Made by a program: the position numbers and the translations under genes. This document shows positions 58,280-64,000 of a DNA stretch of 64,000 bases, piece after piece. The stretch covers positions 28,306 to 92,305 of the IMG/VR virus record IMGVR_UViG_3300025108_000024; one strand, written 5' to 3'. The DNA is from a virus. The notes under the pieces are model-generated. The model was not told the DNA's origin. It saw only the letters and a list, made by a program, of their open reading frames with translations, and made no database searches. How positions within the stretch are numbered: the first letter of the stretch is position 1; the number at the start of each line of letters is the position of its first letter.

Positions 58280-58857
58280 TTAAACAATTAATAGACGCTA
58301 GAAAAACAAAGACTCATGTAGGAAAAAGTCAATCATATGAACTAAACATACTTAAACTTGAAAGAGGTGTAGTATGTAAAGGCCACAGAGGTAGTATTGT
58401 TTACGGAAAGAATGGTGATAACCAATATTTACGTACACATAATAGCTACTATGATGGTCATATAGCATTTGAATATAATTTTCAAGGTGATTATTCACGT
58501 ATTGATGTAAGTATAACTGCGGATAATCCAAAGTACTTACAAAGATTTCATAGTAAGATCACAGAGAAAGGAAAATATACTGTTGGGATTGATTCTCCTA
58601 AATCAATCTTAGATAATAGTACTGAATTAATGTTTGATCATAGCTGGTTATGTATAAAGCATAGTATAGTTATGCCATCATTTGTGCCACTAAGTCACTA
58701 TGAAAACATCAAGTTGGTAGAATCTATGAGAATGATTCTCAAAAGATTTAAATCTATCATACGTGAGAACGCAAACAGTAATGAATTTTGTAATTCAGTT
58801 ACATTCAAATGTGATAAGAAGAAAGAGGTTTACATAGCTAAATCTTTATACAATTAA
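58267..58857 (+). CDS. Hypothetical protein
   Basis: 196-aa ORF. Confidence 0.65.
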   Translation: MEKLVKQLIDARKTKTHVGKSQSYELNILKLERGVVCKGHRGSIVYGKNGDNQYLRTHNSYYDGHIAFEYNFQGDYSRIDVSITADNPKYLQRFHSKITEKGKYTVGIDSPKSILDNSTELMFDHSWLCIKHSIVMPSFVPLSHYENIKLVESMRMILKRFKSIIRENANSNEFCNSVTFKCDKKKEVYIAKSLYN

Positions 58858-59036
58858 TAAGTGCAGCATATTGCATACTAACAGTACCAGTATTCTAATA
58901 GAGTATATTACTATAAGTAAAAACTGCAATATATTGCCATAACTTATGTTTAGGTGATGTAAAAGTAACTTGTTCTTTAACAGACGCAAGCTTATAATAG
59001 GCAAGTTATTTTTCTAAACACTAATTTTTATTTAAC

Positions 59037-59576
59037 ATGGCTAAAGTCAGCAATAAAACAGTAGAGAATATATTTAAAAAATGTTTTGATAATAAAACAC
59101 ATATCAATTATAACCATGCAATTAAAGCTATACTAGCAAATCTACAAGATGAACAGATGGAATTAGTACTTGATTTGCTTAGTTCTGATGAACCATATGA
59201 GCCTATTAATAGGAATGACTATGTAAAGGCTGATATACAGGACTATCATCTAAGAAAATACTTTAATTATGATACCCTTAAAGAAATGGGTCTTATATGT
59301 AAAGATACAGATAAGGTTTATGCCAGAATTGTAGATGATACAAGTTGGGGTAGTTCATATAACGCTTATAATGGTCAGTTTAAAGTAGTTTATTTATATC
59401 ACAATGATAAAAATGAGCTACAAGAACATGAAGATACTGTACACTCTATTGGTTTACAAAAAGTAAACAAAGAAGATATATTATACTTTAAAAATTTAAA
59501 CAATGGCAAAGATAAGCAAGCCTCTACTCAGAGAGGAGATAAAGAAGTGGGGAACGTTGAAGAGAATGTATTCTAG
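59037..59576 (+). CDS. Hypothetical protein
   Basis: 179-aa ORF. Confidence 0.65.
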   Translation: MAKVSNKTVENIFKKCFDNKTHINYNHAIKAILANLQDEQMELVLDLLSSDEPYEPINRNDYVKADIQDYHLRKYFNYDTLKEMGLICKDTDKVYARIVDDTSWGSSYNAYNGQFKVVYLYHNDKNELQEHEDTVHSIGLQKVNKEDILYFKNLNNGKDKQASTQRGDKEVGNVEENVF

Positions 59577-59700
59577 ACAAGTTCATAGCTTCGGTAGTTA
59601 TATGAATAAAAAGTACTTAATGAGAAGTACAAATTTAGCAGATGCAAAAACATCTATATCTGCTATAAGATTAATTCTTGAACATCATGTCGTATACTAA
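59503..59700 (+). CDS. Small basic hypothetical protein
   Basis: 65-aa ORF overlapping both neighbours. Confidence 0.5.
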   Translation: MAKISKPLLREEIKKWGTLKRMYSRQVHSFGSYMNKKYLMRSTNLADAKTSISAIRLILEHHVVY

Positions 59701-59935
59701 ACGTTTTGGTATAGTGAGTCAAGAAGTTTTACAAGATCCTGAGCTAAGTATTCAAGCAAAAGGTTTATATAGTTTATTATGTACATACGCTGATAAAAAT
59801 AGAGAGTGTTTTCCTTCAATAAATACACTAGCAGATCACTGCAATAAATCAGTAAGAAGTATATCATATCTTATCTCTGAACTAAAAAACAAGAAATATT
59901 TAACAAGAAATGGTAGAATAATCACATTAAAATAA
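59678..59935 (+). CDS. Stand-alone winged-HTH protein (HTH_36 / replication-initiator N-terminal type)
   Basis: D.ELSIQAKGLYSLL..YA.....CFPS..TLA.......SI...I.EL....YL. Confidence 0.8.
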   Translation: MNIMSYTKRFGIVSQEVLQDPELSIQAKGLYSLLCTYADKNRECFPSINTLADHCNKSVRSISYLISELKNKKYLTRNGRIITLK

Positions 59936-60045
59936 AATAGTTAGCTATATACTGCTAATTATTTGCAGAACAACATCATTAATCTCTTAATTATACTTCT
60001 ATAGTAGCATTTATATTCATACTTTTACAATAATTGTAAAACAAA

Positions 60046-60321
60046 ATGATATACCAGTTACCAAATGGACGTATAATTGAATTATCTGTAGAACAGTTTC
60101 TTGAACTGAATGATACAGAGGTTAACGAGCTTAATGGTTTAAGTTCAGCATATAGTCTTGAGTGTAATAATCCTTTTTATAACTTATTTGCTAAAGGAGA
60201 CAAAGAATCAAAGAGAGTAGCTAAAGAACTTGTTAATGAACAAGAGTTTGAGCCAAGTCTTTTTGACATTGATCCTTTAGAAAAGTTAGAAGATGATTAT
60301 TTTCATCCAGATGACATCTAA
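60046..60321 (+). CDS. Acidic hypothetical protein
   Basis: MIYQLPNGRIIELSVEQFL. Confidence 0.7.
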   Translation: MIYQLPNGRIIELSVEQFLELNDTEVNELNGLSSAYSLECNNPFYNLFAKGDKESKRVAKELVNEQEFEPSLFDIDPLEKLEDDYFHPDDI

Positions 60322-60346
60322 AAGTTTAACCTTTAATAATTTAAAA

Positions 60347-60940
60347 ATGAATAACAAAGTTCAAATTATCCCTGATGATTTAGGGAACGTAATCCGTGTA
60401 TCTCAAAACAATTCAGAATTTGGTCATGTAAGACTAGAACAACAAAGAATTATCTTTGGCAACACAGGATGGGTAGACAGAAAACCCGTATCAACACTAT
60501 TACATGGTAAAGTAGAAAACCTTCAAGCTATGGGTCTTGCAGACCTAACTGAGATGGATGGTAAGATTGTAATAAATGAGTCTTTAGAGCCATTTAACAA
60601 GAAAGATCCAGACCGTGACCTTAAAATTGCTGGTAAAACAGGAATTATTTGCTGTCAAGATGGACAACCTATTTATAGGAAAACAGTCTTTTTATCAGAT
60701 ATCAATGCAAAAGATACATTAATAGCACACAACAATGGTGATGCAATTAAAGAAGCTAATGCATTACAGTATGAAGAATCTAATCAACCAAAGTTAACTG
60801 TTACAGCAGAAGAAGCATTTGGAACTGATGATGATAACCAAATAGACTTAGAAGATTCTATCAATGAAGTACAAGCTTCAGAAGTAGATGTTGAATCAGA
60901 AGAAGTAGTAGAGCTAGAAGACTCTACATTTGAGCTATAG
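60347..60940 (+). CDS. Putative single-stranded DNA-binding protein
   Basis: Beta-rich body (KIAGKTGIICCQDGQPIYR), long acidic tail ending STFEL; likely start at 60347. Confidence 0.45.
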   Translation: MNNKVQIIPDDLGNVIRVSQNNSEFGHVRLEQQRIIFGNTGWVDRKPVSTLLHGKVENLQAMGLADLTEMDGKIVINESLEPFNKKDPDRDLKIAGKTGIICCQDGQPIYRKTVFLSDINAKDTLIAHNNGDAIKEANALQYEESNQPKLTVTAEEAFGTDDDNQIDLEDSINEVQASEVDVESEEVVELEDSTFEL

Positions 60941-60963
60941 TAATATAGCGTAGTACACTTATC

Positions 60964-61001
60964 AAAAGGGGCTGGTAGAAATACTAGCCCTTTTTATTTT
61001 T
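60964..61001 (+). terminator. Intrinsic terminator
   Basis: GGGCTGGTA-GAAA-TACTAGCCC-TTTTT. Confidence 0.85.
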
Positions 61002-61026
61002 CACCTTTATAAACACACTTTAAAAC

Positions 61027-61539
61027 ATGCTAACTAATGAACAAAAAGAAATCCTTAGAATTGAAAGACAAATTAATGAGATTGAGAAACGTAAGTCACG
61101 TTATGAGTATTTAGGTATACTAAGTGAATATCAATTACAACCTGAAATCATGGCTCAGTGCCTTGATTACACTAAACTTAATCCCACACAACACTTTTTA
61201 TTTAAAAGAGTGTTACATGGACTTAATGTATATACTCCAGAAGAAAGGAGTAAACTTCATTGGGACAAAGCAAGAAGAATAAAAAAAGTATGGCAAAGAG
61301 GACAAAGAGAAGTTAATGCTTGGAAACAAGTTATAACTGCTAAGAAAGTTCAGCCAATATTTAGTATATTTACAGGAACACCACTTGGTCGTGCTCTTGC
61401 AGCGTTTCCTATAGATGAGACAGATCCTACTGTTATTAACAAGATTAGTTTTAAAGATCTTGGAATAAAATATGAAGATTTAATCTTGTTTTATATGAAG
61501 AAAGGGCTACTGCCTAGAAATTATCTTACGTTAAAATGA
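61027..61539 (+). CDS. Hypothetical protein
   Basis: 170-aa ORF, ATGA-coupled to the next gene. Confidence 0.65.
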   Translation: MLTNEQKEILRIERQINEIEKRKSRYEYLGILSEYQLQPEIMAQCLDYTKLNPTQHFLFKRVLHGLNVYTPEERSKLHWDKARRIKKVWQRGQREVNAWKQVITAKKVQPIFSIFTGTPLGRALAAFPIDETDPTVINKISFKDLGIKYEDLILFYMKKGLLPRNYLTLK

Positions 61540-61937
61540 TTAAGCAGAAAAAGAAACTATGTAACAATTGCAATACGGAACAATTTATCTGGAAAAATGA
61601 TAAAGGAAGCCGTTATTGCAAAAGTTGCTGGTATAAATCAAAAGAAGTTAAAAAACCATTACAAAGGAAACCCATTAATAAAAAATCAAAAATGATGGTA
61701 GCATTAGATTCAGCTTACAGTAAACTTAGAAGAAAGTTTATGGAAGAGAATCCAATGTGTCAAGCCGCTTTACCTTGTTGTACAGGAGCATCAACTGATG
61801 TTCATCATAAACAAGGGAGGGGTGAAAATCATTTAAAAGTAAGTACATGGTTGTCTGTATGTAGGCAATGTCACATGTATATTGAGGAACATCCAAAAGA
61901 AGCAATTGAATTAGGATTCTCTATTAAAAGAATTTAA
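61536..61937 (+). CDS. Zn-finger plus HNH-like nuclease (Ref/NinG-like)
   Basis: CNNC..CKSC; CQ...C...STDVHHK.GR...VCRQCH. Confidence 0.75.
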   Translation: MIKQKKKLCNNCNTEQFIWKNDKGSRYCKSCWYKSKEVKKPLQRKPINKKSKMMVALDSAYSKLRRKFMEENPMCQAALPCCTGASTDVHHKQGRGENHLKVSTWLSVCRQCHMYIEEHPKEAIELGFSIKRI

Positions 61938-61955
61938 ATTTGTTACTTCACATTA

Positions 61956-62029
61956 GGTCCTATAGCTCAATTGGATAGAGCAACAGCCTTCTAAGCTGTA
62001 GGTTCAAGGTTCAAGTCCTTGTGGGATCA
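61956..62029 (+). tRNA. tRNA-Arg(UCU)
   Basis: Cloverleaf: GGTCCTA/TGGGATC, GCTC/GAGC, ACAGC-CTTCTAA-GCTGT, CAAGG-TTCAAGT-CCTTG; no encoded CCA. Confidence 0.95.
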
Positions 62030-62034
62030 CTGAT

Positions 62035-62123
62035 GGCCGGATGATGAAATTGGTAGACATGACAGACTTAAAATCTGTTGAGCATTAATGCTCGTATGGG
62101 TTCAAGTCCCATTCCGGCTACCA
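62035..62123 (+). tRNA. tRNA-Leu(UAA)
   Basis: GGCCGGA/TCCGGCT, ACAGA-CTTAAAA-TCTGT, long variable arm GAGCATTAATGCTC, encoded CCA. Confidence 0.95.
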
Positions 62124-62197
62124 GCACTCTTAGCTCAGTTGGTTAGAGCAATTCACTCATAATGAAAAGGTCACAGGTTCAAGTCCTGTAGGGTGCA
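62124..62197 (+). tRNA. tRNA with CAU anticodon (elongator Met or lysidine-modified Ile2)
   Basis: GCACTCT/AGGGTGC, TTCA-CTCATAA-TGAA, ACAGG-TTCAAGT-CCTGT; paired 1:72 and no three G-C anticodon-stem pairs, so not an initiator. Confidence 0.9.
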
Positions 62198-62218
62198 CCT
62201 TTATAAAACTAAAAAATC

Positions 62219-62383
62219 ATGAATCACTTTGCAAACAATGGAAAAGAATATTTAAGAAAATATGAATCACCTGGACAGGGTAGAACAAAAAACCAATATA
62301 AACATAGTTTTATAGTTTTTGCCATAGCCTTTATAGGTATATGTGTTGTAGGTTCTGTTCTAATATTAATAGAATTTTTATGA
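62219..62383 (+). CDS. Small single-TM protein (54 aa)
   Basis: C-terminal hydrophobic helix; ATGA overlap with the helicase. Confidence 0.6.
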   Translation: MNHFANNGKEYLRKYESPGQGRTKNQYKHSFIVFAIAFIGICVVGSVLILIEFL

Positions 62384-63477
62384 AACATAGAGAAGTAGTG
62401 CAAGCAGATGCATTATCAATAGCAGTACAACATAAAAGATGTGGATTAGGTATATCAATGGGTGTAGGTAAAACTAGAATAGCAATACAACACTTTCAGA
62501 GAAATTATGATCCTTTTATAAAAGCATTAGTAGTAATACCAAAATTATCTATAAAAGATTCTTGGATTGCAGAACTAAAAAAAATGAATCTATCAAACTT
62601 AGAATCTCATTTAACCTTTACAACTTACTTATCTATAAACAAACATGATCCTGCAGATTATCAACTTGTATATTTAGATGAGTGTCATAGTTTATTACAT
62701 AATCATAAACCATTTTTATCTAACTTTAAAGGTAAGATACTAGGGTTAACTGGTACACCACCAGTACGTAAAGGAACAGAAAAATATGAGATGGTATCAC
62801 AGTATTGTCCTATACGTTATAGGTTTACTGTTGATGAAGCTACTGATAGTAATATTCTTAATGATTATCAAATAGTTGTGCATGAGCTTTTATTAGCTAA
62901 GACACCTACTTATAAAAAAAAGAATAAGAAAGGTGGTCAATGGTACACATCAGAGTATAAAGATTACATGTATGTAGAAAGTAGATTTAATGATGCAGTT
63001 ACACCAAAGCAAAAACAGTTTTCTGCTATTATGAGAATGAGAGCTCTTATGGACTATACAAGCAAAGAAGCTTATGTAAAGTCTATATTAGGTAATATAA
63101 AATCTAAATGTATTGTCTTTGCAAATACTCAAGCACAAGCAGATAGAGTTTCTAAACACTCATTTCATTCATCAAATCCAAACTCAGAAGATAATCTACA
63201 ATTGTTTTCTGATGGCCGCATCAATCAATTATCTTGTGTATTACAGTTATCAGAGGGTGTTACTATACCTAACTTAAAACAAGGTATTATTATGCATACA
63301 TATGGTAATGAAACTAAGACCGCACAACGTATTGGACGTTTACTTAGACTTAATCCTACAGAAAAATCTACATGTCATATTCTTTGTTATAAAGGAACTG
63401 CAGATGAAAGATGGGTTAAGAATGCATTGAAGACATTTGATAAGAACAAAATTAAATATTATAATCCTTTAGACTAA
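62380..63477 (+). CDS. Superfamily 2 (DExH) helicase
   Basis: MGVGKT, LDECH, GLTGTP, IVFA, EGVTIP, QRIGRLLR; start likely 62380. Confidence 0.92.
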   Translation: MKHREVVQADALSIAVQHKRCGLGISMGVGKTRIAIQHFQRNYDPFIKALVVIPKLSIKDSWIAELKKMNLSNLESHLTFTTYLSINKHDPADYQLVYLDECHSLLHNHKPFLSNFKGKILGLTGTPPVRKGTEKYEMVSQYCPIRYRFTVDEATDSNILNDYQIVVHELLLAKTPTYKKKNKKGGQWYTSEYKDYMYVESRFNDAVTPKQKQFSAIMRMRALMDYTSKEAYVKSILGNIKSKCIVFANTQAQADRVSKHSFHSSNPNSEDNLQLFSDGRINQLSCVLQLSEGVTIPNLKQGIIMHTYGNETKTAQRIGRLLRLNPTEKSTCHILCYKGTADERWVKNALKTFDKNKIKYYNPLD

Positions 63478-63481
63478 AATT

Positions 63482-63712
63482 ATGGGAAGAATGAAAGAAA
63501 TATTTATGAGAGAAGTACAAGAAAAGTATGGCTCTTATGAAAACTATACAAAACAGCTCAATGAAACAGCTGCTAAACAGTGGGTACATACGGAGACTCC
63601 TTGTCCTAACTGTATGAATACTACGCTCTTACAAAACCAACACCTAAACATTGTATGTGATAGTTGTGGTCAAGAGTTTATAGAAGTAGAAGGTGCACTT
63701 AGATTTAAATAG
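63482..63712 (+). CDS. Zn-ribbon protein
   Basis: CPNC...CDSC. Confidence 0.7.
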   Translation: MGRMKEIFMREVQEKYGSYENYTKQLNETAAKQWVHTETPCPNCMNTTLLQNQHLNIVCDSCGQEFIEVEGALRFK

Positions 63713-63714
63713 AG

Positions 63715-63855
63715 ATGAGAAGGTATTGGAATAAATTTCTTAATTGGTTAATACCAAAAAGAAGAGCAAGGTTACTTGCTGAAATAATGAAACGAGACCA
63801 AGAGTTAGGTCTTTATGATGAAACCTTTAAAACCAAAGATGATACAGAACGATAG
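63715..63855 (+). CDS. Small hypothetical protein (46 aa)
   Basis: MRRYWNKFLNWL...DQELGLYD. Confidence 0.55.
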   Translation: MRRYWNKFLNWLIPKRRARLLAEIMKRDQELGLYDETFKTKDDTER

Positions 63856-63880
63856 GGTTTTGTGTCTTTAAATGAACATT

Positions 63881-64000
63881 ATGTCAAGTAAACTGCGCAA
63901 GATAGTTGACACCAACAAAAGGTGTAAGCACATCAAAAGAGAAGGTGAGAGTTGCAGATTAAACAACAACTGCACTTACCCCAATTGTAAAATAGAAACC
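63881..64000 (+). CDS. Small Cys-containing protein, truncated by the window end
   Basis: MSSKLRK...CKH...CRLNNNCTYPNC. Confidence 0.45.
   Translation, partial: MSSKLRKIVDTNKRCKHIKREGESCRLNNNCTYPNCKIET

Noticed and set aside
1-64000. Stop-codon reassignment as known in some Crassvirales
   Set aside because: Structural genes are full length in the standard code, coding density is high and no suppressor tRNA is present. The UAA anticodon reads Leu UUA, not a stop.

Overview
AT-rich (roughly 30% GC by eye) segment of a crAss-like (Crassvirales-type) podovirus genome, most likely infecting an environmental Bacteroidota/Flavobacteriia host (inference from gene set, Shine-Dalgarno-free leaders and an AFS|Q signal peptide). 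Positions 1-55.6 kb are one minus-strand late region. From right to left it holds lysis and regulatory genes, a PD-(D/E)xK nuclease, GroES, terminase large subunit, portal, scaffold-like protein, major capsid protein, capsid/neck proteins with a Dps-like insertion, tail fibres (including collagen-like and ILEI-domain proteins), Cys-rich FN3 proteins, a metallophosphoesterase, an IHF-like protein, tail ring and stabilisation proteins, a multi-domain virion peptidoglycan hydrolase and large ejection (cargo) proteins running off the left edge. After a GC-rich divergent junction at about 55.7-55.9 kb, plus-strand early genes follow: small ORFs, an HTH protein, an SSB-like protein, an HNH nuclease, three tRNAs and an SF2 helicase. 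The standard genetic code fits. The most interesting non-annotated signals are (1) a small two-hairpin RNA at about 21.75-21.81 kb whose exposed loop is antisense to an AAACCAA motif found in at least seven gene leaders, (2) two larger structured ncRNA candidates in the early region, (3) a six-copy late promoter motif, (4) a 19-bp operator-like sequence shared by the capsid operon and an early operon, (5) a 22-nt repeat flanking an early gene, and (6) a short peptide motif shared across the cargo proteins. All family calls come from motif recognition and synteny, with no database searches.
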